Source: Moniliella sp. 'wahieum'
Lineage: Eukaryota
Assembly (NCBI GenBank): GCA_003971905.1
Contig: RSEE01000031.1
Span: 186,001 to 250,000, forward strand
Length of the DNA: 64,000 bases
Reading direction: 5' to 3'
Below the pieces are notes generated by a model that ran no database searches, was not told where the DNA came from, and was given only the letters and a program-made list of their open reading frames with translations. Made by a program: the position numbers and the translations under genes. Position 1 is the first letter of the stretch; each line of letters begins with the position of its first letter. Shown here piece after piece: positions 13,391 to 25,761 of this stretch.

Positions 13391-14781
13391 TCAGGCCTCA
13401 ATCGCACCAGCTCGGTGCTGCTCAAAGAGCTTCTTGAAGACCTTGTCGGACGTCATGTCGTGGCCTGCCTGAATGCCACGGTGGTACACACGCAGGATCA
13501 CATCCACGTCTTCCACCGATTGGGGGCGCACGTCGGCCAGCTGCTTGATCTTGACCGTGGCGTCCTTGACCTGGTCGTCGCTCATGTCCAGCTCGAGCTG
13601 CTGAGCACGCGACTTGACCGCATTCCACCCCGTCAGCCGTGAGCCAATCGAGACATACCGGCTCATGCCAAAGTCTTCGGGGCGGAGAATCTCGTAGGTA
13701 GAAGGGTTGGCCAAGATGGCCTTGGCGTGGATACCTGCCTTGTGGGTAAATGCACAAGCACCAGTCACGTAGTTGTTGAACGGTACTTGCACTTCGACCG
13801 CTTCCGCGACCAGGTTCTCCACCTCACGCAGTGCCTTAAGGTTGTACTTGGACATCACGTACTCCCGGTCTGCCGTGTACATCCGGGCAATGAAACCGCC
13901 CAGCGAAGGGATACCATTCCGTTCGCCGATGCCGAGAACGGAGGTGTCGACGTGGGTGGCGCCAGCTTCGAGAGCAGTGTACGCGTTGGCAATAGCGCAC
14001 CCCGTGTCGTTGTGGAAGTGGCACTCAATGTCGCAGCTGACCACACCACGGAGAGTGCGGACCAAGTCGTACACTTGTCGAGGGTTGGCTACGCCAACCG
14101 TGTCGGCAATACCAACACGGTTGACACCGACCTTGTCGACGGCTTGGTAGATCGACAGGAGGTCGACCAGGTCGGAACGGAACGAGTCTTCCGTCGAAAA
14201 CCGGATCTCAATGCCGTGCGACTTGACGTAGTTGATCACCTCAATTGCCTTCTTGGTAATGTAGGTCATGTCCTTGCCGTGCGAGTATTCGCGGAGGAAC
14301 TTGGACGTGCCCATGACTACGTCCACACCGTCGACACCTGTCTCGACTGCAATTCGGGCATCGTCCATGTGGCAACGAATGTGGGTGAGGACCTTGGTCT
14401 TGAGCCCGAGCTTGCAGATGGCCTCGCAGTCTGCACGACTCTGCTCTGATGCGGCAGGGAGGTGAGCTCAATGCAGTCCACGCCGAAGGCATCCAAGGCC
14501 TTGGCAATCTTGATCTTGGTCGCCGTGTCGAAGAAGGCGTTGGCAAATTGCTCGCCCTCACGCAGAGTCGACTCGATGATCTTGAAGTTGCTCACATTCG
14601 ACAAAAAGTCGGAAGCGCGGTTGGAAAACGGCTGAGTCGAAAAGTCCTTGCCTGCAGCGACGCTGCTGATGGGCGTTTCAAGGGCAACATGACCGGCAGT
14701 CTGGCCATTGGCTTGTTGGACGCGGCCCTCCGTAGCAGCGCTGGAGGGGCACTGGGTTGGTTCTTGGGCAGCGGAAGGCAT
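13391..14781 (-). CDS. LYS20: Homocitrate synthase (alpha-aminoadipate lysine pathway)
   Basis: [57 protein letters not shown] and [21 protein letters not shown]. Frameshifts near 14370-14460. Confidence 0.96.
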
Positions 14782-15134
14782 GGCGGGAGTAGGAGCAAAG
14801 AGAAGAGGGTGGGGATGGGATCCTGGGTTACAAGCGGGAAGCACTCGAGCCAGGCACCTAAATACTTCACATCGGCACCCCGCTGCCGAGTCGCCGAGTC
14901 GCCGCGTTTTTTTTCCGTCGACATTTTCGCCATTATACATCTCCGCGCTCTCAGAGGTCCGAAGCGTAGTTATAGTTACGTCTTACTGCCATGGTCTTGG
15001 CGGGGCGTGTGAGATTCTGAGCGCTGAGGCTCAGCCGCCTGCCCTGAGCGGCTTGAAGCTTGAAGTGACTTCAGCACGGCAAAGGTGTTTTTATTTTCTC
15101 TCCTTTTTTCTGCATTATTTTTTCTTTGTTTCTG

Positions 15135-15968
15135 TGACTCGTGACTAATTATTGCTGGGAACTAGTTGACGGCTAGCTTCAGGCGGAATTGAATTCATCT
15201 CGCGTTCTCCCGCTGGGGAAGTGCCTGTGGCCGCACCACCTCTGCGCACCACTCATCGAGTCACAACCCCAGCGAGCTTCAAGCTTCAAGCTTCAGGGAA
15301 GCCTCAAGCTTGACTATGACTCGGTTGAACAACTCGATGAACTTTAGCGCCTTGAGACTGAGTGTTTGTTATACGCTTCCTCGGTTCAACGTTCAACATT
15401 CTACAGGAATGTCCACTAGTCCACTCCCCAGCCCGAATCAGGTTGCCGCAGAAGCAGCCTGGCCACACTCACGTCATTGCACCACTGTCGCCTCACTTGG
15501 CCCAATAAACGCACGAGTCACATGTTGTGGGCCGATGGTGTGTTGTCACGCGCTGGAAGCCGCTTTTTGCCGGTCGTTCGCTGACTCGATTCCATTTGCT
15601 TACAAACGTAAGCTGGCACAGACGAAACATAGGCTTCGCCCACCAATCCGGCATTTGGTGTTTGCCGATGCTGCTCAGTGTAGTCACCCGGTCACGAGAG
15701 TATCTCGTGTCGGAGGCCGAAGATGGAGTAGCGGCTGGCAGGACCTTCTTTCTGATCCCCGTCGCCCCGCGTTTTCAAATTGAAGTAGCGCGAGTGGATG
15801 GGATGGAACTGGTGGGCATGCAGGTGGATGACGAACGAAAAAGACCATATCGGCTTACTCCACGGTAGTAGAGCCTTCATGCAATGGCAGCTATAATAGT
15901 CCTTTCCAGTGGTCCCGGTCAATGTATTTGGAGTGGCAAAAAATGCATGGCTGTGTTGCGTTGACTCA
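15135..15968. promoter_or_regulatory. Cluster of Gcn4/CpcA-type TGACTC sites upstream of homocitrate synthase
   Basis: TGACTC/GAGTCA at 15135, 15258, 15317, 15515 and 15582; TGACTAA at 15142; full TGACTCA at 15962. Confidence 0.45.
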
Positions 15969-16498
15969 CAGGGTGGCTCGTGCGCTTGGGGCTAAGGTTC
16001 CGCCAACGTCGAACCTATAAGCTGCAGTCTTGTTCCTCAATCGCAGGACCCGCCGTCAACGTCAGGTTGTCTATTAGTACTTAGTAGTGATGCAAGTGAT
16101 GTGCGTTGTGGAAGACCATCTTCAGGGTCCCTGGGTGTCAGGCTCGCTCACGCGCTCACGCCATGCTAGGGGCCCTTGGCCCACTAGGCCCGTATGAGCA
16201 CTATGGCATGATTAATGATTCTCGAGATCTTGTGTCCATCACCTCTCGACTGTGCCCCCTTCCTCCTGAGGCCTGAGGTACTTAAGTATATTGTTACCTC
16301 CGTCCGTCCATAGATGCATTCCATCTGGGATCTGCTCCCTTTCCTCCATCTCACGTTTCCTGACGCTGGTCACATATCACACCCGTAGCCCTTCCGCCGC
16401 GTCATCGTTACCATCAACTTTCGCACCATTATACTTTAGGGAGCAAAACGGCTCTTGCGAGGCGCCTCTCCTAGTCATGGCGACACGAGCCAAAAAAG

Positions 16499-16603
16499 TG
16501 CTTCGTGCCAGGCTCGAACTGGCGACCTCAGGATTACGTGGCTGGACCACTCACATGCGGACACATATGAGACCTGCGCGCTAGCCAACTGCGCCAACGA
16601 AGC
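16499..16603 (-). tRNA. Elongator tRNA-Met(CAT) with a 31-nt intron (16535..16565)
   Basis: Minus strand reads GCTTCGT-TG-GCGC-AGTTGGCTA-GCGC-G-CAGGT-CTCATA[intron]A-TCCTG-AGGTC-GCCAG-TTCGAGC-CTGGC-ACGAAGC-A. The U31/U39 pair is typical of elongator Met. A T6 Pol III terminator follows (A run 16492-16497). Confidence 0.95.
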
Positions 16604-17159
16604 CGTTAGTCTTGAGCGCCTTGCTCTGAATAGAATGGGCGCCGAAATGGTCCAGCGCTCTGCACAATCCGTTCAACCCAATTGCCACCCCATTGCCACC
16701 CCGGTTGAGTACACTGAGTATGGAGTGAGTCTCAACAACCGGTTGGCCAAGTATAAAAACCGGCATAAATCCCGCCGTAGCGCCATCCAGGGACCCAGCT
16801 GCTGGCGGCAGTGGAAACGACAGTGGGCGGTCGCGGGTCCAGCCCCATCTTCTACCAGCTTTGCTCCAATGACGAGTTACTACTGACGTTCTTCATCCAA
16901 GCGAAAACGTTGATGCCCTGCCTCCCCGTACAACCCACAGAACAAAAACGGCATATAAACAACAGCATAATGCCAGACATGGCAGGCGGGTTCGGCCTGC
17001 GTGCTACGAAAGGGCGTACATCGTACATGGTACAGTTGAAGCAGGGCTCAGCGCGCACCACTCACAGAAGGAACGTGGTGCAAAAGTACATCTGATTGAT
17101 GCTGGCATAATGTATTACCAGGATATTACTGGCTTGGTTGGGCTTAGGCTAGTGTTTGC

Positions 17160-20100
17160 TCAAGTTGCGGTGTCTCTGCAATCATCATGACGGCAGCGCG
17201 GCAACACGAGCTTACTACCCCCCCTTCCACCCCCGCATCTTCCGCATCTCTTATCATGGGCCATGCGCACCAGTGTGTCGAACACGCCCGAGCGCTTGGC
17301 AAGAGTACGGAAAGCGCCGCCCTCCTTGTCAATCAAGTTGGCGGGCGTATCAAACTCCACCACCTCCCCAGCCCGCAGCACCAGTACACGATCGAAATCG
17401 ACAATGGTCGTGAGTCGGTGAGCAATGACCAGGACCACATGGCCTTGGAACCGGTCGCGGATCACCTGCTGGATGGCTTGGTCCGAGTCAAAGTCAACGC
17501 TCGCTGTGGCCTCGTCGGCAATGACGATTGGTTGTGGGAGAGCAAGGCGCGGGCCATGGCAAGCAATTGGCGTTGGCCGTGGGACAGGTCGCTACCCCCC
17601 TCGGTTACCTGATTCGTCAGTTCCTTTGCGCTTCGTCCTCGGTCGCGACCGATTCGGTCTCGTCGCTGACCGGACGGGCAAGGCGGACCTGGACCAGGGC
17701 ATTGAGACAGGCCTCGTCCGTGTAGCGCTGGAACGGATCCAGGTTTTCACGGACAGTGCCTTGGAACAGGACCGTCTCTGAGGGATGTAGGATACGCGCG
17801 CGCGTACATCGTGCACGCCCACCGACCGAATATCAATCCCTTCAATCGAGATGGACCCTTTGAAGATCGACAAATCGGAGCAACGCACTGGCACACGTTG
17901 CTCTTGCCACTGCCCGTTGTCCCCACAATCCCAATTTTCTCCCCAGGACGCGTCTCAAACGAAACGCCTTTCAGGACGGGATCAAACGTAGGATCGTAGC
18001 GCAACCAGACATTGTCAAACTTGATCGTCGCTGCCTTGGAGGGCCATGCAGCGGGAGGCGGATGGTCCACCATCGTCTCGGGCGGCTCATGAGGAATGTT
18101 CGGAGGCAGGTAATCCACGATCCGCTCGATCGAAGTCAATTCTTGCTCCAAGTTGGACCATCGACGCGAAAGCCAGTAGCAACTTTGGGTAAAGTTGGTC
18201 GCTTGCGTGATCGCAATCGCCGCTACACCCGGGTGCACAGCACCGAGAAGCGCAAGAAGTTGAGTAGCCAACACCGAGAGGGCGCCCATAAAGTCCACCC
18301 GCACCAACAGCCACGAATTGCACATCCACCAGGCGTAGTGGTACGCGTTGGAACGGTCCACCAGGCCACACATAGTCTTGCAGTGTCGCCTCGGCCGAAT
18401 AGGCACGAATAGTGATGCTCCCCTTGAGCGCTTCTCCGTACGCACTGTACACAGGCGAACGCGACACGCTGTCCAACCGCCGACAATCCCGCGAAGCCTT
18501 GATGTACACCGAAGTGACTGCCAAGACAAGGTCAGCAATTCGCAAAGGCACGCAGACGAAAGGAAAGGCAACACTCACTCTTGGAGTACAGCCAAACCAG
18601 CGCCAGCGCTGGGAGCGTGAAAGAGGGCAGGGTAGCCATCAAGGCACCAAATGCGGTCAAAAAGGAAAATCCCTGATCGAGAACTTGCATAGCCGAGTCG
18701 AGCAGGCCGCCATCGAGGGAGGAAACGTCCTTGGCAAAGCGATTGAGGATCTGCCCCGACGGAGTAGAATCGAGCCATCGCGTCGTAGCGCGCGAGACCG
18801 AGGCGAGCATTTGACGGAACATGGTACGCGAGGCACGATACGCAACGAAATAACAGAGCGCACTGTATGACAGCAACCCCAGGCTCGAGATGAGGGAGAT
18901 GAGCCCATAAATCAACACATAGGGAAGTGGGTTGGACTCGGCCGGAGGCAACCAGTCCAAGGGACCACCTTGAACCCCCACATTCCCAGTCCGCATGACA
19001 AGAGTGACAAGCGAAGGTGTGAACCAATGGAGCGAGCGGACAATAGTAGTCGGGGCCTGAAGTTCCAAGGCACCCACTGTCTTGGAGACATGACCCCCTT
19101 CGGCCCAATAGGCAAGCCAGACCGTCGCGCCCAGATCAATCAATTTGGCCAGAAGCAGCGTAAGCATGACGAGGCCAAGGAAAAAGTAACCGCATGCGCG
19201 CAGGTATACGGCATACGTAGCGAACTTGACGCTGCCGCTGCGGACCAGTTCCTGACTGACAATCTTTTGTTGATGCTGGGATGGGGCGGGTGTGGTGGCA
19301 TCATTGCTTGCGGCCTGCACGTCTTCGAGGGCAGTGGCATCCTCCGTTTCCCCTCGAGCACGAAGCTCATCCGCTGCATCCTCACAGCCGTCTCCTCTAC
19401 TGCAATCTCGACGTTCGCGTCTTCATCCTCCCTCTTCTGTTGCGTGGAGGTCGACGCCTCCAAAATTTGGGCTTCGGGGAGATGACCTTCCTTTTGCAGC
19501 TGGGCGACGGAACCTTGGGCCACAACGCGGCCACCATCCAACTTGATTGCCCTCTGGGCAATCGTCACGGCCGCAGGCACATGGTGCGTGGCCAGAAGCA
19601 CACACCGATTGGCAAACAAGGGTCCCGCCAACGTCTTGACCAACTCGGCGCCCGTATGAGCATCCACAGCGGACAAAACGTCGTCCAACAGGACCGTTCG
19701 AGCACGCGAGTACGCCGCCCGAGCCAAAGCCACACGAGCTTTCTGCCCACCCGAGAGCGAGATGCCGCCCTCGCCAATCTCTTGCAGATCCTTGTCCTCC
19801 CAGATCTCAATGTCAGGCAGCAGACACGTAGCCCCAAGGCCGCTTGGTACCGTTCCTCATCCACCGGGCCCGGCGTACCAAAGAGGATGTTGTCACGGAT
19901 CGAGGCCTGTTGCAGCCAGGGCGCTTGGGCACAGTAGGCATCCCCCCCGTCAAGCCTGTCACCGGATCACGCACAAACGCCTTTTTAGCCGTCATGGTCG
20001 ACAAACTTCCTTCCAAAACTCGCGTCTCTCCCAACAAGGCCAGAAGAAGCATCGACTTTCCGCTCCCCGTGGGGCCATACACCAATGTCAGTCCAGGTTC

Positions 20101-22411
20101 CACCGACAGCGTCACGTCTCGCAGCTCAAACAGAGCCTCGGGCGCAATGGACGGGGCCTTGCTCGTGCTTGGGCTGGTACCAGGACTGGTTCCTGCACTC
20201 GTGCCGGCCGATGTAGGCGTCAGTGCTTCCGACGGCGGAGGGGGCTGCGACTGAGTCGCCCCGTACGACTGGGCCTTTTGGTTGGCGAGTTTGGCGCGGA
20301 GGTACGTTGCGAGAGAGTGCGGTGGCGGCTGGGACGAGCTTTGCTGTACCACCGGCTGTCGGACTGTCGATGTGGGCCACTTCCAGCCAAAGGTAGCGTC
20401 CGAGCACTTGATCTCGTCCTTGGGTCCAAGAGTCCGAAGCTCAATCGCCTCGTCTCGGGTTGCGATGCCCAGAGGAACTTCCTCACGGTTAAGGAAGGTG
20501 TGAATTCGAGTGGTCGATACACGCAGTGTCACAATTTCACTTGCCAACGAGGGGATCGCCCGCATCGGCCGGGACAGACGAGCGTACAGGTTCAGTGCCG
20601 TAAAGGCGATGGGAACCGTAAGCTGATGGCCCGCCACAAGAGTGTAGGAGCTAAATGCGGTCACGGCCACAAGGGCAGGGACCAGTGTCCAGAGGAACTG
20701 GGTGGCGCAATTGGCCAGTTGGGTGGCCAGTTTGAGCTTCATCTCGGACCCACGCTGCTCGTCGATCCGCTCTACAAACAGGCTAGAGAGGGCAAGCAGC
20801 TTGAGGGCCTTAAGTGACGAGACATACTCACTCAAACTCGTCATACGAGCATCCCGAGCTGCACTGAGGCGTCGAGTTAAATTGAGTTGGATCCGTAGTA
20901 GAACCGACTGGACGGGAAACGCGAGCAGGAGGATAGCCGCACCGGAGAACGCCGACCAGCCAAGAAGGTTGTAAAGCAGTGTCAGGGACAAAGCAATTTC
21001 CAGAGGGGTCGAGTAGATGGCGGAGATGTGCCAGAGGAAGATGGCAACCAATTGCATATCGACGGCCAAAAGCGAAACTGCCTGACCGACTCCGGCGCCT
21101 CGTGAAGAAGGAGTGCGCTCCTTGAGTGAGTCCGAGGCATCGACTTGACTGCGCTCTCGGAGTGCCTTACGGTAGATCTCGCCGGTCAACTGGGAGCGAA
21201 TACGCATGGTGCCACGTCGAGCAAAGAAGAAACGGTTGAGGTCGAGCTGACTGTTTGCAATGCCTAATACCACCCCCCAACAGCCGCAAGATAGGCTTCT
21301 TTCCGGCTACGTTCGCCTGAAATGCCCTCGAGCACGCGTTGGAGAACGATGGGCTGTGCGTACTGGGTCAAAAAGCTCAACGTCTACGGGGAGGAGCAAA
21401 GTCAGTGGTACTGCTAGACGATAGGAGGAAGAGGATTTGGCACGAACCGTCAAGACAAAGTCCATAATCAGGTCGCGGCGGTTAACCAGTGCGATTCGCC
21501 ACCAGATGGACGTTCCCTTGGGAAACATGTCCCACACGGGCATCAAGAACTTGGTCAGAGTGGGGGTGGAGACATTCCAAATGTTGTCCCCCTTCAAGCC
21601 TACGCCACTGGGCAGCGACCCAATTTTGATCAGCGGGGCGACCCACGAATTGCTCATCCACTGCCACAACGTGCACACCTCATCCGGAGCAGGGAACTTG
21701 TACGCCTCGCGATCGTACGCAACTTGGGCCAACTTTTCGCCTGGGTGCTGAACCGGGATGCCGAGTGTGCGGGCGACAAGAGGCGAGTAGGCAAAGAGAG
21801 GGAGTTGAAGCTGGGCAAAGAGGCTGGCCCCAATGAGAAGCAAAGAGAGGAGGGCTGGAATCAAGGCCAGGGGGAGGGGTGGGCAACCAGCACAGCGACT
21901 GGGACAAGCATGAGCGAGACGAGAAGAACCATCGAGTCGTAAGACGGGGTCGGCTGCGGGAGTAGCTCGGTGCGAGTCAATACATAGATCCATGCCAGAG
22001 CAGGAGCATAGTAGTGCGGGGGGAAGTGGAGAGGCGAGGCAGAGACGACAGGTAGGGATGCAACCCATGCGCCGAGGTACCATGCCAAGTGCACGAGCGA
22101 GGTGAGTGCCAATGTGGTGGTGATCCAGCGCGGCGGCCGGCAGCGCGGGCGGGATGGAGAGGCGACTGATGCGGCGGCAGGAGAAGAAGACGCTAAGAGA
22201 GGGGACTGCTCGTCGGACTCGCCGCCGTCGTCCGCGGGCGGGCGGGTGCGGAGGATGGCATCGGGGGTAACGGGGGGCGCGAGGGCGATCTGGAGCGCGC
22301 GCCGCACGGCGCGGACGGGGGGCGTTGGGCCGAGGGCGGCGGCGAGGACCAGGACGGCCGCAGCGGCGGCGGGCAGCTGGTCGACGGACAGGGGGCGCCC
22401 ATGCTGGGCAT
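17160..22411 (-). CDS. Full-length ABCC/MRP-type ABC transporter (Ybt1/Bpt1-like)
   Basis: NBD1 has GPTGSGKS, LSGGQKARVALARA and LLDDVLSAVDAH. NBD2 has GTTGSGKS, LSHGQRQL, DEATASVD and IAHRLTTI. TMD2 has DSTPSGQILNRFAKD. There is an N-terminal TM extension. Heavily frameshifted; ends approximate. Confidence 0.92.
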
Positions 22412-22608
22412 GGGGGCTGTGCGCGTGGTGGGCGAAGAGGAGGCGCGGCGGCCGGCAGCCGGTGGGAGGTGCGGCCGAGGAAGCGCACGCGATGCGCCGC
22501 TCGCCGCACGGCCGCATGCAATATGCACCTGCAAGGCAACCGCAGGCGACAGGCGAGTGCCCGTCGGGCGTTTGGTTTGCTGCACGGAGCCATGCTGCGA
22601 CAGGCGCC

Positions 22609-22642
22609 GTCACATGTGACGTCAGGGACAGTGTGTCACGTG
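22609..22642. promoter_or_regulatory. Palindromic GTCACATGTGAC / TCACGTG E-box-like cluster in the divergent ABC-kinesin promoter
   Basis: Perfect 12-bp palindrome at 22609-22620, overlapping TGACGTCA, plus GTCACGTG nearby. Confidence 0.5.
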
Positions 22643-22863
22643 TGCAGCCCAGGCACACGCTCCGCCACGCCTCGGCTCCGGCGGCTCTGCCGCGGACATA
22701 AGCATCATGCATCAGCATGCAATTCCACCCGCTCCACCGCTGCGCGAGCAGTACGTAAGCAACCGCCCCGCTACGTAGGTGGAATCTACATTGATATTGG
22801 CCCAGCACAGCATGCGCCCTCGCTTCGCGGCCCCTCGTCTGCTCCCTCTTCTGCTCCCCCGCC

Positions 22864-25460
22864 ATGGCGACCCCCGGCGACACCACCGTCCGCTCTGGAC
22901 GCCTGCCCTTCATGCCCACCCCCGCACCCCCAGCACCGCCACGCCCCCGCGCTCCCTGTCGCCCCTCCGCCACGCCCGCCTCCTCGCCGGCCAACCCGAC
23001 GCGCCGCCGACGCCCTCCCCGCCCGCTCCCCGCCGCCCGTCGCCCCCGCCTCCCCGCCTGCACACGGAGCCCCCTACATTCCCCGCGTCTCCTCTTCTCC
23101 TCCTCTTCGTCCTCCTCCCCTTCGTCTTCGCCCACCGCCACGCCCATTCGCTCCACCCGCGCCCGCTCCCACCTCGGCTTTACCGAGCCCGACACGTCCC
23201 TCATCGCGCCCCCCTCCTCGCGCCGGCCTGCTTCGCCAGTACGCCCCGCCTCTCCTTCCAAGCTGCTCGCTCGCCCTTCGTCTCCTGTTCGGCCCGCCTC
23301 GCCTTCCCGCCGCTCGGCCTTGCCGCCGGCCATGCCTCTCCGGCCGGGCTCGCCCGAGCGCCGCAGGGACCCGGTAGCTTCCATCGTCATGCCCCCCGCC
23401 TCGCCCTCTCGTCGCATGATGCGCGAACCTTCTCCGCTAGCAACCAGTCTCAAGGCGAATGTGGACATGTCACCGCCAGTGATTCGCGCCAAGGTGACCC
23501 AGGGGCTGTTCTGCTCCCAACCCAAGAAGCCTCAACCGTGGCCGTCGAAAGCCGCCAGCTCCACTACGTCTCCGCCGCGCGTGCCTGCGCCGCTCCCTCG
23601 TCTCATCGTCCGGCACTTGCCCCGGGCCTATTTGATCTGGCGCCCACTGACTGGTCCGCGTCCGCCGCGGCGCAGGAGGCCAAAGAAGAGAATGTGGTAG
23701 TCCATGTACGAGTGCGGCCCAGCAAGGAACTGTCCATGTGGCTACCCAACCCTGCGCAGGCCAGCATCTGTGCCGATCCGGTTCACGCACGGGCCGGAGC
23801 AGGGACCGAGTACAACTTTGATGGTGTTCACACTGGCTCGGACAATGCACCGGTCTACCTTTCTACGGGTCGGCCATTGGTGCAAGCCGTGTTGGCTGGG
23901 TTTGATGCGGTATTGTTTGCGTATGGCCAGACGGCGTCGGGCAAGACGTTCACCTTGCTCGGTGACGACGCAGGTACCTCCCCGGGCATCATTCCCCGTG
24001 CAATTCAAGATGTGTTCCAAGGCATTGCCCAGGCCGACCAAGGCGAGCGCGAATTCTTGCTGCGCGTGTCGTACCTCGAGATTTACAATGAGCAGGTCAA
24101 GGATCTGCTCGAACCGGCCAACCGTCCGCAGTTGCGCGACGACCCTCGTCGCCCAGGCGGCCGCGGTGGCGTGGTGGTCAAGCCGCTGTGTGAGGAGATT
24201 GTCACGTCCCCGCAGGCTGTAGCTGAGCTGCTGGAGCGGGGCCAGGTCAATCGTCACATTGGCGCGACCGATTGGAACGAGCGCTCCTCTCGTTCCCATA
24301 CCTGCTTTAAGCTCACTGTCGAATCCTGGCTTCGCTCCGACGCAAGTACGGTGCGTGTGTCGGAACTGAGTTTGATCGACTTGGCTGGGTCTGAGCGGTA
24401 TGTGTCGCAAGGAGCGGCGCGCCGGGCGGAAGGGGCATTCATCAACAAGTCGCTCCTCACGCTGGGCAAAGTGATTTACCATTTGTCCGAGCCCGACCCG
24501 GCGGCGCACATCCCCTACCGCGACAGCAAGTTGACTCGCCTGTTGCAAAACAGTCTCTCGGGCCAGGCCCGGGTCGCTGTCATTTGCACCCTCAATCCCT
24601 CGCCCGCAGCGCGGAAGAAAGCTTTTCTACTACTCTCAACTTTGCTCGGAGATGCAAAAAGGTCTCGGTTCATGCGGAGAGACGAGAGGTGTGGGCGGCT
24701 GGTGGGCCCGTGCCAGCAGAGTTGCAGGCACTGCTGGTACGATACAAGTCGGAGGCGGAGCGGCTGCGAGCGCAGCTGGCAAACGCAACCCAGATGAGCC
24801 AAGACCAATGGGGGGAAATCCAACGAGGTTGGACTTGCTCGAGCGGATCAAGGTGCGCGGGGGGACAGACGAACAGCGTGCGCCGCTGCCCGCCCGCCCC
24901 GTTTCCCCAGTCAAGGGCTCACGGGACGAGGAGCCGGTGGACCTGAGCTCGTCGGCCCACCTGCTGCGAGAGAAGTTGTATGCGTCGGAAGCCGAGGTGG
25001 CCCGCCTGCGTGCCGAGCTGCGCTCCCGACCGGAAGTGGGCAAGGACGCAGAAGAGACGATTGCCGAGTTGCGCAAGCGCTGCGCCGAGCTGGAGGTCGT
25101 CGTTGACGGCCTGGGCGGGGCGGCGGCTCTGGATAGCAGCACGGCGCCCGCACCGGGAGCGGTGGCGGCGGGCGAATACGAAGCGCGGATTGCAGCGCTG
25201 GAGCAGGAGGTGAGACGAAAGGATGCGTTTGCGGCGCGCTTGGCGGCCGAGTGTGCGGAGCTGCGACAAGACAAGGAGACACTGTGGTTTGTGGCCCATG
25301 GCAAGACGGCGGCGCTGGTGCAGGGGTGTGCGCCGGCGCGGCGGGCACGGCGGTCGCGGTCGCTGGGGGGGGGCGGGCGGACCTGCTGGGGGCGTCGCTG
25401 GATGCGGTGGCGGACGAGATGCGGACGACGCTGGGGACGCGCGTGGTGAGCGACGGGTAG
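22864..25460 (+). CDS. Kinesin motor protein, Kip2/kinesin-7-like
   Basis: VVVHVRVRP, P-loop YGQTASGKT, VSYLEIYNE, TDWNERSSRSH, DLAGSE, FINKSLLTLG and HIPYRDSKLTRLLQ. Long Ser/Pro/Arg N-terminal extension and coiled-coil tail. Frameshifts. Confidence 0.92.
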
Positions 25461-25761
25461 GCTGAATGCGACGTGGCCGGCGAGGCCGGATAGAGAGAGC
25501 CAGGTGTGATGCATGATGTGCCATAGCCAGTAGCGGGGTAGCAGAGCGTGCTCGCAGACGCGGGGTTAGTCGCCCCACGGGCATGTGACATCCCCAGCCG
25601 GCAGCTCTGCGGCGGGGCGACCAGCGGCGGCCCTGGCCAGGTACGCGGGACACGCGCCTGCTAGTGAGCAAGGCGTGCGCGTCTAATAACCCCCCACTAT
25701 ACGCCGCATCCGTCGCGGTCGTTGGCTCTCGCCAGCCGCTCCTCGCCCGGCCGCCTCCGCC

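Noticed and set aside
15310..15783. 157-aa ORF between LYS20 and tRNA-Met
   Set aside because: No motifs or coding-like composition; it lies in motif-rich upstream DNA.
235..22411. Secondary-metabolite cluster (dioxygenase, hydrolase, homocitrate synthase, ABC transporter)
   Set aside because: There is no backbone synthase, and the genes are interleaved with housekeeping genes (LIP5, SCS3, RPS4).
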